Assembly: GCA_043228905.1 (NCBI GenBank)
Contig: JBHGNT010000004.1
Coordinates: 11,408,001-11,472,000 of the forward strand
DNA: 64,000 nucleotides
Source: Azolla caroliniana
Lineage: Eukaryota > Plantae > Polypodiophyta
Reading direction: 5' to 3'
Shown here piece by piece: positions 36,864-50,048 of the stretch. Position numbers and translations under genes: made by a program. The notes below the pieces were generated by a model. It saw only the letters and a list, made by a program, of their open reading frames with translations, had not been told where the DNA came from and searched no databases. How positions within the stretch are numbered: the first letter of the stretch is position 1; each line of letters opens with the position of its first letter.

Positions 36864-37812
36864 TAATGCGGGAGGAATAAGGTTTGAGACAAACACTTTG
36901 ACACAAAATTCAAAGCAACAAGGCAAAGAATTTACTTGAGAACCTTACAAGAAGGTTTTAAATGAATAAAATGGTTGAAGGAACCAAATGTTTTTTTCTT
37001 TGAAGAGATTAGCAACATAATACTCTAAGGGTTCTCGAAGAGTTTACTTGAGCGCTTTCCCGAATGTATGAATCCTTGAATGAAAATACTTGAAGCCATC
37101 TCATGAAGGAAAAACTTGAAAAGTAAATATCCCAACACTTTCCCCAATTAGTTTTCCCAAGGCAAACATGAGAAAGTAACACGTGAAGTATACATGCAAA
37201 AAGAAAGTTGTTGTGATGTGACATGTATGAAAGAGAAACATGTCCAAAACCAAGTTTGATAAGAGCCGAGAGGTTAAGGTTATGGTAAATGTAATTGAAC
37301 GGAGTTGAGAAAAGATGAAGATCAAACTAGAACTAAAGATTGTTTAATGCAAGGGGAATAAGGTTTGATGCAAACACTTTTGACACAAAATTCTAAGCAA
37401 CAAGGTAACTAAATTACTTGAGAACCTTACAAGAAGGTTTTACATGAATAAAGCAGTTGTCGGGAACAAATGAATAGAAAATTTGAAGAGATTTACCCAC
37501 ATAAATACTCTATGGGCTCTCGAAGAGTTTACTTGAGTGCTTTCCCTAATGTTGGAAAAAAAGAAAAAAAAGAAAAAATTTGAAGCCATCTCATGAAGGA
37601 AACACTTAAAAAGTAAATAGCCCAACACTTTCCCCAATAAAATTTCTCATGGCAAAAGTGCAAAAGTAACACGTGAAGGGTACTTTTGCTGTAATGTGAC
37701 ATGTATGAAAGATGAAAAGCGCCCAAAACCCAAGTTTGTTAAGAGGTTAAGGTTATGGTAAATGTAAATGGATGGCGTTGAGAATAGATGAAGATTAAAC
37801 TAAGACTAAAGA
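36864..37812. repeat. Diverged tandem duplication of a ~475-bp unit
   Basis: TAATGC..GGAATAAGGTTTGA..CAAACACTTTGACACAAAATTC starts at ~36864 and ~37345, with collinear similarity to the unit ends. Confidence 0.85.
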
Positions 37813-38314
37813 TGGCTCGCGTGGACCTAACCACTTGAACAATTAAGGATAAGAGTTAGAAATTGTTAGGGGAAAAAGAAAGGGGAAAGGTGATCGAAAA
37901 TACACAACATAAGAATGAGGTTTACACTAAATCTAAATGAATAATGCACTTTTTGTGAAAGTCGACTATTAGTGACAACTCTTGACTCATACTACAAGTT
38001 CTATTTCACTAAGAGGAATCACAAGAACTATAAAAGGAGGAAGAGACCTTACTACTAAGGATGATGGTTTGGAGAATCAAGACCTAGACTTCACGAAAAT
38101 AGTTTAATACAAGGTAGTGAATCAAGAGGGCATGTAGGAGGCCAATTACTTTTACCCCCACCAGAACTCCAAACTTCTAACCTTTTTCACACAATAGAAA
38201 ATAGTAACCACTTGGGCTATATTCATTTATTAATTTTATATCTTTTTATATTTTTATATACATGTTCTCTCTTACTAGCCTTTCCACCATCTTTCTACCC
38301 TTCAACCACCATTT

Positions 38315-38480
38315 CACAGGCCCAGATTCCAAAGTTCATAAAACTATTGAAAGACAAAGTGAACATGATAATTCTTGAATCCTCTAATGCTCCCTATTCA
38401 AGTAGATGGTTCATGTTACAAACATGAATGGGTCCACACGCTTCATCCAATACATTTAGCCAATTAACAATACTTTTTTT
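38315..38480 (+). pseudogene. Decayed family C-like gypsy RT fragment
   Basis: AQIPKFIKLLKDKVNMIILESSNAPYSSRWF is homologous to ~18920-19015 (minus). Confidence 0.7.
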
Positions 38481-39282
38481 TTTCCAAAGATTTTCCTCAA
38501 CAGTATTAAGAAAAAATGCCCAAAGGCTACAACTTGGACTTGTCTGCCTAGAAGCTTACAACTTTTTATGTACAATGATGTACAATAATCCTAAGACCAA
38601 AGATAGGACTTTGTAGAAGGTGTTGGAATTTGCTGATGTACACTGCCATGATTTATTGATATTCAAGAAAGGGTCCATGGAAGTAGATAGTGCCATTGAT
38701 GCCCTTGAGTTGACTTTGTAAACTGAGGCAACGTTTCCCATAAGTGAAGAAGCTTCTTCCTTCTCTTGTTCACAATCTCTAGGGAACCATGCATATTGTC
38801 ATAATGGCCACGGACTATTGCCAACAAGTTCTCCCATATCTCAAGGAGGACATCTAAGAGACAATGGGATGTTGATCACGGCATAAGTGTGCAACGGAAA
38901 AGAAAATTGTGAATCTAGGAAGTAAGCATCGGGCTTCTTGTCAAAGAAAGAGGAGAAACGAAATAGCTTGTATTGATAATTCCAAGATGATTACAATAGT
39001 ATTTTTGCCTAACTAATTACAGTAGTATTTCATGTCTACTGTGATTCCCCCCCACTAAGATTACTCATCCCCCCTTTTTATACATGATGAAGATGGGTGC
39101 ATGAGTGCCAAGTGTCACCAATGCATAAGAGGCGCCTACATTAGTGGATAATAGCTTTAATAGCTAAAATACTTGATAGTGATAATAGCAAAAATGTGTT
39201 TTGAATAGGTATTTAGCTTCAAAAGTGGGTAATAGCTATAATAGCTAAAATACCTGATAGTGATAATAACACAATGTGTTGA

Positions 39283-40275
39283 TGTTAGGAAATAGGTTCC
39301 TCCGGATGGGAAGTATGCATGAGCCGGATTAGCTAGACCTAAGGATGAAGAGCTGGATCCAAAACTGGACCCGGACCTGGATCGGTACACGGACCAGATC
39401 CAAATCAACAACCGAAAAAGGCCAGTATTGTAAATAGGTGTGGTCACGCGTATTTGGGCCAAGATTGTTAATAGCCCAAAAGTTGTATGAGTATAAATAT
39501 AACTAGGACAAAAACATTATAGTGAGTTGTTGTTTGTTGTAGTGTTGGTAATCGTTGTAACATACAAGGTAGAGAGGGAGAGCGATAGACAGATAGTGAT
39601 AACTCTATTGTAACCGTTAGTTTGACGAAGAGGAGCATAAGTTTGTTGCCTTATATTCTCATGTATACTTCTTCCTTACTATAGTGATTATTTGGAGTTA
39701 GAGAATTCCCATGGTTTTTCTCTATTAGGGTTTTCCACGTTAACATATATATATATATATAGTTTTCATCTTGTGCTTGGAACTTGGTTGTAGCCGAGAA
39801 CTATTTTCTATCAAACTGGTATCAGAGCGAGGTTCATAACCTCAAGTGAAAGAAAATGGAAGACTCATTCGGTGGAATGTCCAAGCTAACCGGCTCCAAC
39901 TACTCAGTGTTGAAGTCAAAGATGAGAGATATATTGGTATCCAAAGACCTTTGGCTACTGGTGCAATTCGGAGATAAAAAGCCAAATAAGAGAGATGCAC
40001 CAACCTGTGAAGTTATGCATGTGAAGACGACTGCTTACATAAGATGTTTAATAGACATAATTCTATATAACAAATTCAACGAAGAGACCAAGGTGGATAT
40101 CCTCTGCAAGAAGATCAACATAATGTTTGAGAACAAGAATGTTGTCAATAGAGTCTCAGTATTTCGAAAGATCGTGAGAATCCGGTATCAGAATGGCTCC
40201 AGCATGGTGGAGCATCTGAATGCCTTCCAAGGATTCATAAACTAAACCGCCTCTTTACAAGTACCTCTTGCCGAC
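39283..40275 (+). mobile_element. gag: Copia family D-related 5' LTR (39283-39813), Met PBS and gag start
   Basis: TGTTAGG..CA, TGGTATCAGAGC at 39817, and gag ORF 39856-40245. Confidence 0.88.
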
Positions 40276-41700
40276 TGTTGGGAATTCGGTCCCTCCAGAT
40301 GGGATCCGGATGAGAACCAAAGGAGCTGGATGAAGGAACCGGATCCGGAAGGGTTCCAGATGAGACCCGGAAATCGGATCGAGTGAATCCGGATGGATCT
40401 GGTGCAAACCGGATCCAAGGACATATGTGTAAATATGTTTCATGGTGAGCCCATAGAGGCTATATTTGTAAATAGCCCTAAAGTCATATAAGTATAAATA
40501 TGACTTAGGGCAATCACTTTATGCGGTTGTTGTTGTATATTGTTGTATACAGAGAGCGACAGAGAGAGTGAGAGAGCGAGAGAGTAGCTACGAGCACTAT
40601 CTGTTGTAACCATCGTCTGGCGAATATCGCGAGCACGAGGTCATTGCTTCTGTGTTCCCACTTTGTATTTCCTCTCATATGGTGATGGTTCAGAGTCTAT
40701 GGGCTCCCGTGGTTTTTCCCGATTAGGGTTTTCCACATAAACATCTTGTGTTCTCTATCATTGTTTTGCGTACGTGCGTTCATTCCCTACTTCCCATTTC
40801 TGTGTTTCATTCTCATTGAAGTGATTCAAGATTCGGTTGTGGCCGAGCAGTATTCCACAATATTTCCTACACAATGGTATCAGAGCGAACACCAGAGGAA
40901 ATGGAAGAGTTGTTCGGCGGCATGTTCAAGCTCACTGGTTCCAAGTACTCAGTGTGGAAGTCGATGATGAGGGACATGTTGGTGGTTAAAGATCTTTGGT
41001 TGCTGGTACAGTTCGGGGACAAGAAACCAGATAAGATCGATGTCGCGACATGGGAGGTGATGCACATGAAGGCGTACATCCGGTGCTTCATCGACATGAG
41101 CCTGTACAACAACTTCAATGATTCAGAAAGAAAGGCTCATGAACTCTAGGAGAAGATCGAGATCATGTTCCAGAACAAAAATGTTGTTAATCGGGTTTCG
41201 GTATTCCAGAAGTTACTGAGGCTTCTGTTACAAGATGACTCTAGTATGGCAGAGCGCATGAATGCCTTCCATGGGCTAATACACCAAGCCACCTCGTTGG
41301 AAGTACCTCTCGTGGATGAGGTACTCGCATTGCTCCTGCTCGGTTCCTTCTTGGATAGCTGTGAGATGTTAGTTGTCACGTTGGGCAACGACGGGCCAGA
41401 AGGAAAGTAGTTGTCCCTAGCAAGGGTGAAATCAAGCTTGCTAGATGAAGAAGCTCACCGAAAGGGCTGGGAGTCTGGAACTGATCCGAGGGCCTTGGTT
41501 ACGGAAGATGACCACAACCGGGGAAGAGGTCTGTATCAGAGTCCCCAAAACCGGGACAAATTGGGGACGAGGTCGAAGTGAAGGGAGAGGCCTACTTGCT
41601 TCTACTGTGGGAAGCTGGGGCACTTCCAGAAGAACTATCGGCATTTTCGGAAAGAGAAAGGAACCCACAATGTTGATTCGAAGAAGGGTTCGGGGAATGA
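40276..41700 (+). mobile_element. gag: Copia family D 5' LTR (40276-~40872), Met PBS and decayed gag, inserted in the gag of a relative
   Basis: TGTTGGG start, TGGTATCAGAGC at 40875, MFKLTGSKYSVWK and a CFYCGKLGH knuckle. Confidence 0.88.
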
Positions 41701-44200
41701 GATCCCATGTCTCGTTCTTGCATAGTGCCCACATCTCTTTGTTCATTGCTTCGACCCATCATGGATCCTTGGTTGCCTCAGAAAAATTCTCCGATTCACA
41801 AATTGTCGCCACCTTCATCATAAAGGCATAGTGATATGCCATATAGTCGTTGTAGCCGAATCGGCTAACTAGATTAAATTTGGGTGACCTCATAAGAGGC
41901 ACATCAAAGCCACTAAACTCATTGTTGATTGAGTGAGTCGTTTCATTGTCGTCGAATTGATTGTCTTCATATTCCGGCATTTTGGCTTTCCCTTTCTCCA
42001 TCTTTGGACTCGTCCGAGATGTGATCTGATCGTTCAAGGGCTCTTGTGGGTAATTGAGCCTGGTTCTGATCAGACTTTATTTGAACATATGCCTCAATTG
42101 ATGTTCTTCTTCAATCTCCTGGTTGTCCAAGTTCGGATCGACTGGAAATGGTTCGAGAGGAGTCGGCTCAAGTTTGTACCATGATGTTGATTCGTCAAAG
42201 TCGACGTCCCGACTTACGCGAACCTTCTGAGTAGAGGGGTTGAAGCATTTGGTTACTCCTTTTGCTCCAATGAGTATCCTACGAGGATACACTTGTCGGG
42301 CTTGGGATCTAGTTTTTTCCATTTTCCGTCAAGGATGTGCATGTATGCCAGTGAGCCAAATATCCTTACATAGGATAGATCCAGCTTCTTCCCATAGTAC
42401 TTATTGTGAGAGGTAAGTTCGTGCACTCTAGATGTCGTACACTGATTCATGAGGTAGATGACAATATTTGTAGCTTCTGCCCAATATGACTTGGGCATAT
42501 GCTTCTCGTTTCGTATGGCCCTTGCTACTTCAAGGATGTGCCAATTTTTGCATTCGGCCACTCCATTTTGTTTTGGTGTATGTCAAAAGGAAAATTCTCG
42601 CCTAATTCCTTCTTCTTGAAGGTATGTCGTGAACGCATTAGAGAAGTATTCCTTTCCTCCGTCCAACCGAAGACATCATACATGGAGGCCAGTTGTCTTT
42701 TCGACTTCGCTTTTGAATTTTTGGAAGTGTGTAAACACTTCGCTCTTCATCCTCATGGGAAAGATCCATATGTATCTAGAGAATTCTTCAATGAACGTAA
42801 CATAGTACCGACATCCTCCGAATGTGGCCCCGTTTGTGCCGGTCCCCCACATCCGAGTGGATTACGTCCTCTCCTTCGGGAACGGGTGCCGATGTTGCTT
42901 GTCTAATTGGCATGCTTCACATACACCTTCAATCTCTTTCTCTTTGAACATTGGAAGTCCAATAACGACTCCTTTCGATTGCATCACCTTGAGTTTGTTG
43001 AGATTGATATGGCCTATTTTTTTATGCCATAGCTCTATGTCGGTGTCGGCTTTGAGGCCCTTTGCAAACATGGCTGATTTTACCTCATTTGATTCGAGGA
43101 TAAACATTCATCCTTCCCTTCAACCACGAGCAATTAGTCGGCCTTCCTTCTCGATGAAGTAGCCACCTTGATTGAATCGAACTTGCATCCCTTGCTCCAC
43201 AATTTGACTGACCAAGACCAAATTCTTTGTTATGGTGGGCACATGCAAGACATTTTTTACACAAGTTTGTCCACCTTATTTCCCGAATGGGCATTTCCGA
43301 CATGCCGAACAAGATGAGTGGTGTCGTCTCCAGTTTCAACATAGCTGGGTCGATCCGGCTCTCATAAGTCTCAGAACAATTCTTGATGAGATGTCATATG
43401 GTTCGAAGCATTGGAGTCGACGAACCATACATCTTCTGGACCGGAGGCACTAGTCGAAGTAGAAGACGACATAGAATTTGTTGTATGTCTCATCACGAAC
43501 ATTCCTCCATGGTCCTCATAGTCGGAGTTGGTGGCGTAATTGGTTAGTTGTCAGCTTGTGGAAGGCGACTTATGCTTCTTCTTTCGACACCCTTCTTCAT
43601 GGTTGCCGATTTTTCCACAATATCCCCATTCGATTGAGTTTTGTAGGCTTGGACCACATGGAAGATCCCCCTTCTTCCGAAAGTTCCTCGATTGTTGCCA
43701 CTTTCTTGCCAAAATTGGGAGTTTTTTTCATAGGTAGGAGCTCGTCCGCCTCGTACTTGGCTAAATCGCGTCCTCTTCCTCCATCCGAGTGTGTGTAGAG
43801 CATGTGGACTTCTGGGGCATTGCTCTAAGTTCGAACATGATTTTCTTCAACCAATAGCATTGATTGAAGATTGACAAAAGAGGAAGGATTCTCCCTTTGC
43901 TAGAACGACGGTTCTCATTGCGCCGAACTATGGTGCGAGGCCGTTGAGGCATATTTGCACCATCTCGTGATCATCCACATTGACGCTTATTGAGCCGAGG
44001 AAATCACAAAGCTCCTTGATCTTCAAGGTGTAGCTTGTGATGGACATGTCCCTTTGTTGGACATTGTTCAACTCTTGGCGAAGTTGAATCTTTCTTGCGG
44101 TTGTGTTGGCCATGAAAATCTTCCTGAGATTCTCCCATGCTTCCTTTGGCATCGTGGCTTCTCGAATGTAGCTGAGCATGTGGTCATGAAGACATGTCAT
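41700..44200 (-). pseudogene. Copia family E internal fragment (gag, PR, INT, RT start)
   Basis: KEAWENLRKIF, LWHKKIGH..CEACQ, KCILVGY and EMWAL.KNETWDL. Confidence 0.88.
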
Positions 44201-46085
44201 CCGTTCATTTGGTCTGAAGAAACGGACGTGGCTTTCGAGAGTCTTGAAAAGGCATTTACATCGGCTCCAATTCTAGCTCATGTCGATCCGGAAAAACCAT
44301 TTATTATCGAAGCTGACGCATCGGATTTTGCATTGGGGAGCATTCTGTCACAACAGGGGAATGATGAGAAGCTACATCCTGTGGCTTTTCACTCACGCAA
44401 GTTTGACGCCGCCGAAATCAACTACGAAATTCATGATAAGGAGCTATTGGCAATAGTGGATTCTTTTATGCAATGGAGGCATTTTCTGGAGGGATCCTCT
44501 TATCTGATCACCGTATTTAGTGACCACAAGAACCTTGCCTACTTTCAGGATGCTCGTGTGTTGAATCGACATCAAGCTCGGTGGGCCCACTTCCTCACTC
44601 GTTTCGACTTCAAAATTACATATCGTCCGGGGAAGCACCAAGGGAAGGCCGATGCATTATCACGACGTTCGTACCTAGCACCCCGTCCCGGCGAGCTAGC
44701 TTTCGATAACCAAAAACAAGTCATCTTAGGACCGGCACGACTACAAGCAACAAAGATCTTTGACATGCCCATGGATTCCCGCGTTATCGATACCATACGC
44801 GAAGACTTGAAGACAGATGCGTTCGCCCAAGCTATACTAGCACAAATTGATCCCTCTCGAGCGTCGTGTTCACAGTCGTAACCACCAGGTACGGACTATC
44901 GGCAATTCAAATACCATGATGGATACTCTTCTTTAAAGAACTTTTGTATGTTCCTAATGGTTCTTGCCGCCTTCAAGTAGTACAAAACTATCATGACACA
45001 TATACAGCTGGGCATTTTGGTAGTACTAAAACACTACATTTAGTACAACGATGATTCTGGTGGCCCTGTATGCGACAATTTGTCGAGGATTTTGTTCGGA
45101 CTTGTGATACATGTTGAAGAGCGAAAATGCCAAGGCATCATCCATATGGTTTATTAGAACCATTACCAATTCCAAGCAAGCCGTGGCAATCCATTGCTCT
45201 AGACTTCATCACAGATCTTCCAGTCTCTAAGGGGTTCAATGTGATTCTAACGGTGGTCGATCGATATACGAAGATGGCTCATTTCTTGCCATGTACTAAG
45301 GAGATCTCCAGTGAAGACACTGCCGAAATTGTCATGCGTGAAGTATGTCGGCATCATGGACTTCCCGACAGTATCATCAGCGACCGTGGACCCCAGTTTG
45401 TGTCAAAATTCTGGAAGCACCTTTTTAACATGCTCAAGGTCACTTGTAACCTCTCCTCCGGCTACCACCCAGAAACCGACGGCCAAGCCGAACGAACCAA
45501 TCAAACGCTGGAGCAGTATTTGCGGTGCTTTCTCAGCTATCATCAGGATGACTGGGCAGATATTCTCCACTTCGCCGAATTTGCCTATAACAACTCTATC
45601 CACGCATCCACGAAAGTTACGCCATTTTATGTTTATACGGGATGTCACCCCCGGTGGTGTGTACTTGAAACCCAGAGGTGTCCACAAATCCTTGCGCAGA
45701 GGATTGTTTGGAGAGGTTACGCAAGATACAAGCGGATTTATCTACTCATCTCCAACAAGTTCAACAAACACACAAGGTTTATGCGGATCGTCATCGACTC
45801 CCATCTAGTTTTAACATTGGAGATCGGGTATGGCTACTCTGACGACACATCAAGACTACTCGCCCATGCGAGAAGTTGGATTATCGGCGATTAGGTCCTG
45901 TCCGTCTTATCGGAAAGATTAATGATGTCGCTTTTCGTCTTGATCTACCTCCACAACTTCGGATACGTCCGGTGTTTCATAGTTCTCTCCTCAAACCCTA
46001 TCAAGAAAGCACCATCCCAGGACGTATTACACAGCCTCCACCCCCGATCGAGCTTGAAGATGGACCTGAGTACGAGGTTGCCGCC
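44200..46085 (+). pseudogene. pol: Family A gypsy internal fragment (RH, INT, start of chromodomain)
   Basis: Near-identical to ~14990-16736 but retains the INT segment that is deleted there. Confidence 0.92.
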
Positions 46086-46489
46086 CCTATCAAAAAATGC
46101 TATGTACGAAAGAGATGGTCAGGGCAAGGACTAGGGGTGATGGTATTTCCAGATCGATCCTTGAGAGGAGACCGTGAACAGAGGTAGCTTCCTCCATAAC
46201 TATAGTAATTTTTTACTTTTCTTAAGAACAATCTCCGAAGAGCTCATGCCCTGCCACAATTAAGGTCTCCCATAGTTCTGGGGTGAAAGCATGCGAGTGG
46301 AAACAATTAGCTATGCAAAAAGCTACCAATGATAAATAGTTATTTTTGCACCATGAATGAAACATTAGAATGTTTTAATAATATAAATGAGCACCATAAA
46401 ATTATATACTGAATTCCTAGGTCCATTATGCATGATCCATTGCCACATCACGTTGGCCATCACTTTGTGACTATTCAGGCTTAGATTAT

Positions 46490-47527
46490 TGCCACTGTTC
46501 CTAAACCTTATTGAGTCCACTTCTCCATTGCCACCATTTTACACTCAGTTGCCGCAACTGTGCGGTCCAAGCATCGTCTTCCATTGTTCGATTCCACAGA
46601 GTTCACTCCTCCATTGCCGCCATTCTACAGTCAGTTGTCGTCACAGTTCAATCCAAGCATCATCTGCCACTGTTCTCTCCTATTGAGTTCACTCCTCCAT
46701 TGCCGCCATTCTACACTCAGTTGCCGCTATTGTTCGGTCCTGGATTGCCACCACTATTCGATCCGATGGAGTTCACTCCTCCTCCATTGCTGCTGTCATG
46801 ATATGGCAAGACTCAAACCCATGACCTTATACTACATGGGTCGAGCTCTTGACCATTAGACTATACATTGTAATACATAGAATATTATTTTCATTTATGT
46901 TTTATTATAGAAAATTGATGTATATTCCAGATTTCTCTGGAACATTCTAGAAACTTCAGGAGTATTCCTTAGAACTCTATAAAAGGAGGCACAAGGCATT
47001 ATTTCGAACCAAATCGGTTCAACGCCAGTCTTAAGCCTCCTAGCTACTGTACATTTTCTTCACATAATATATATCTTTTCTTATCATCACTCTCTCTCTC
47101 TCTCTCTCTTTCTCTCTCCCTCCCTCTCACTCACTCTTTCCTTCTCTCGAGAGTTCTTCACCTCTCTTAGCACTAATACTTCTTTTAGTACTAATTCCTT
47201 CTCTGTCTTAGTACTGTTCCTAACAACTTCCATTCTACACTCAGTTCTTGCCATTGTGCGTTCCAAGCATCATCTGCCACTGTTTGATCCGACGGAGTTC
47301 ACTCCTCCATTGCCACCATTCTACAATCAATTGTCGTCACTGTTCAGTCTTGGATTGCTACCACTATTCGATCTGATGGAGTTCACTCCTCCATTACCGC
47401 CATTCTACACTCAGTTGCTGCCACTGTTCGGTCTTGGATTGCCACCATTGTTCGATCCGACGGAGTTCACTCCTCCATTGCCGTCATTCTACACACAATT
47501 GCCGCCACTGTTCGGTCCTGGATTGCA
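46490..47527 (+). repeat. ~84-bp minisatellite, about 7 units, split by a solo LTR
   Basis: GAGTTCACTCCTCCATT recurs at 47295, 47379 and 47463 (84-bp period) and at ~46599, 46685 and 46769. Confidence 0.9.
46794..47225 (+). mobile_element. Solo LTR of gypsy family A
   Basis: TGTCATGATATGG...CCTAACA. Degenerate TSD GCTGC/ACTTC. Confidence 0.92.
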
Positions 47528-48526
47528 ATAATAGTTTAGTTTGTTAATTATCTTGTGTATTGTTGTGTATAATTTTGTGTATTGTTGTTGCCCATAGTCA
47601 TCTTAGCTCGTTGACGACGGTGGTTGAGTAGCTATCACTCCACTACAACAAAAATAAACTTACCAACGGTGGGATCGCTCCTATGAATAACCAGTTTGCA
47701 TGTGGTTTAGTAACTAGCTACATGTCTTTTTTTTGTGGAAATTTACTAATGAATATGTCAAGCCAAATGGAAGGGGAAGGAGGGTATTTACCAATACCCC
47801 TCATGAATCATCAAGACAGGGATGATGCTATCAGGAAACAACAAGCGATACGAAAGTATTGGGAAAAAAAAAAAAAAACATCGTCAATTGTTGAAGGATA
47901 CGAAAGCCACATTCACTAAAGGTAAGGATAGCATTGGTTGCGATATAGTTCTAAATACCACTGAGAATGGAAGCAATGAGACTACTATCATAGAGAGAAA
48001 GGTTGTAGACTATTTCAATGTTCAAACCAAGCACATCAGCAATGAGGACAAGAAGGTAGTACTTTATGCAATATTAAATGATCCATCGATAAAGGAGTTA
48101 GTTGATTGTGATGGTCTTAATGCCAACATAACATCTGTACTAGTAAATAATCTTCGTAATAGTTTCGTATCCATGAGCAGGTCAGAAGATGATCTTGTCT
48201 TAAAAAGGTCTAGTCTAATGATGTTACTTAATAGTGATGTTGACGATCTTAACATCAGTGTGCTATCTAATGTAATTGGTGTTAGTAGAAAAACTGTGTA
48301 CAATACAATGAACCGGATAATTTCAAGTGGTGAAGGAACTAGTTTGCTAAAGCTACCAACAAGATGTAAGCCAATCACACCCATAACATCAGAAATGAAG
48401 GATATAATCACCATATGTTGGACTAATGAGAGTAGGGTTTCACCCAATAAGAAGGATTTATGCAGGAAACGTGTTGGAAGGAGTCAATACGAGGAACATC
48501 CCATTGATCTTCTTGATGTAGCTTAG

Positions 48527-49130
48527 TTAGTTAGCTAGCTAATTAGCTACCTCAGGATATGATCATAGCTAACTAGCTACTGGTAATAGCAAAATAGCGA
48601 TTGAAAATAGCTAACTTACCTATTATCAGCTAATTAGCTACCACAATAGCTAATTAGCTATCTCAGAATATGACCATAGCTAACTAGCTACTGGTAATAG
48701 CTAAATAGCGATTGACAATAGCTAACTTAGCTATTATCAGTTAATTAGCTATGTCAGAATATGACCATAGCTAATTAGCTACCAGAATAGCTAATTAGCT
48801 ACCTCAGAATATGACTATAGCTAACTAGCTACTGGTAATAGTTAAATAGTTATTGCCAATACTAAACTAAGCTATGGTAGCTAATTAGCTACTATCAATA
48901 GCTAGCTACTCTTAATAGCTAATTAGCTACTAGCAATAGCTAATTAGCTATTGGCAATAGCTAGTTAGCTATGTCAAGAGCTAATTAGCTATTAAGGTAG
49001 CTAATTAGCTATTAAGGTAGCTAATTAGCTATTAAGAGTAGCTAATTATCTACTCTTAATAGCTAATTAGCTACTACAAGAGTATAATCATAGCTAATCA
49101 ACTAGCACACTTTATCTAACTAGCTACATC
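48527..49130. repeat. Array of palindromic TAGCTAATTAGCTA motifs
   Basis: Dozens of TAGCTA units, many arranged as 14-bp palindromes. Confidence 0.95.
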
Positions 49131-49514
49131 AGGGCACATTTTTTATACTCACTAGACTCCCTTTTTATTATGCAGGTTGATTTATTTATTAGGTTCATGC
49201 GAATGCATCCAAATATCAAAGTTCAACGACGAATATTCGAGTCTCTTAAGCCACACTTTGTGAGACGCTTAAAGGATCGATACACATGTTGTTGCATTTA
49301 CCATGTACAAATGGGTTTTCTCAAGGACTATGTTAATCTACTACGTCACCATAGCTCCTCCCTAGAGGATGTAGTCTGCACTTGTGAGTGCCCAATTTAT
49401 CGATCTAGCCTACAAGAGCATTGTAAATCATCACAACATGTTATCTCTTCCATGAGTGGTCTTTTACATTCAACATTGTATCCGAGAGAATCTGAGGCTA
49501 TCTTCTACGGTCAT

Positions 49515-50048
49515 AAATGTGTCATGGGTTTATGTCAAGATTGTGGCCCTCGTAGATTTAGGTGGTGTCCAAAAGAGTTGAGTAGTGAAATATTAATCTT
49601 TGTCAAGTTATTTGAGTTTGTGGACACCAATTTCAACGGGAAGGTGTGTAGAAGAAAGGATCTAGTTAGGAAGTCACTTAAACTAATGGATTTGGCGTCT
49701 CTATTTAAAGTATCTCTAGGAAAGTTCATTAAACACAACTTCATTTATTCATGGCAGGCCCATCAGTTTAAGTCTTGCATAAAATGTGTCATGGGTTTAT
49801 GTCAAGATTGTGGCCCTCGTAGATTTAGGTGGTGTCCAAAAGAGTTGAGTAGTGAAATATTAATCTTTGTCAAGTTATTTGAGTTTGTGGACACCAATTT
49901 CAACGGGAAGGTGTGTAGAAGAAAGGATCTAGTTAGGAAGTCACTTAAACTAATGGATTTGGCGTCTCTATTTAAAGTATCTCTAGGAAAGTTCATTAAA
50001 CACAACTTCATTTATTCATGGCAGGCCCATCAGTTTAAGTCTTGCATA
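49515..50048 (+). repeat. Exact 267-bp in-frame tandem duplication within the transposase
   Basis: 49515-49781 equals 49782-50048. 89 aa are repeated in the ORF. Confidence 0.95.

Noticed and set aside
46086-46480. Left terminal inverted repeat of the Sola2-like element
   Set aside because: No matching right end or TSD is visible in the window, so it cannot be supported.
46490-47527. Host extensin or proline-rich protein gene
   Set aside because: No ATG or signal peptide, the frame is broken in early units, and the array is interrupted by an LTR.
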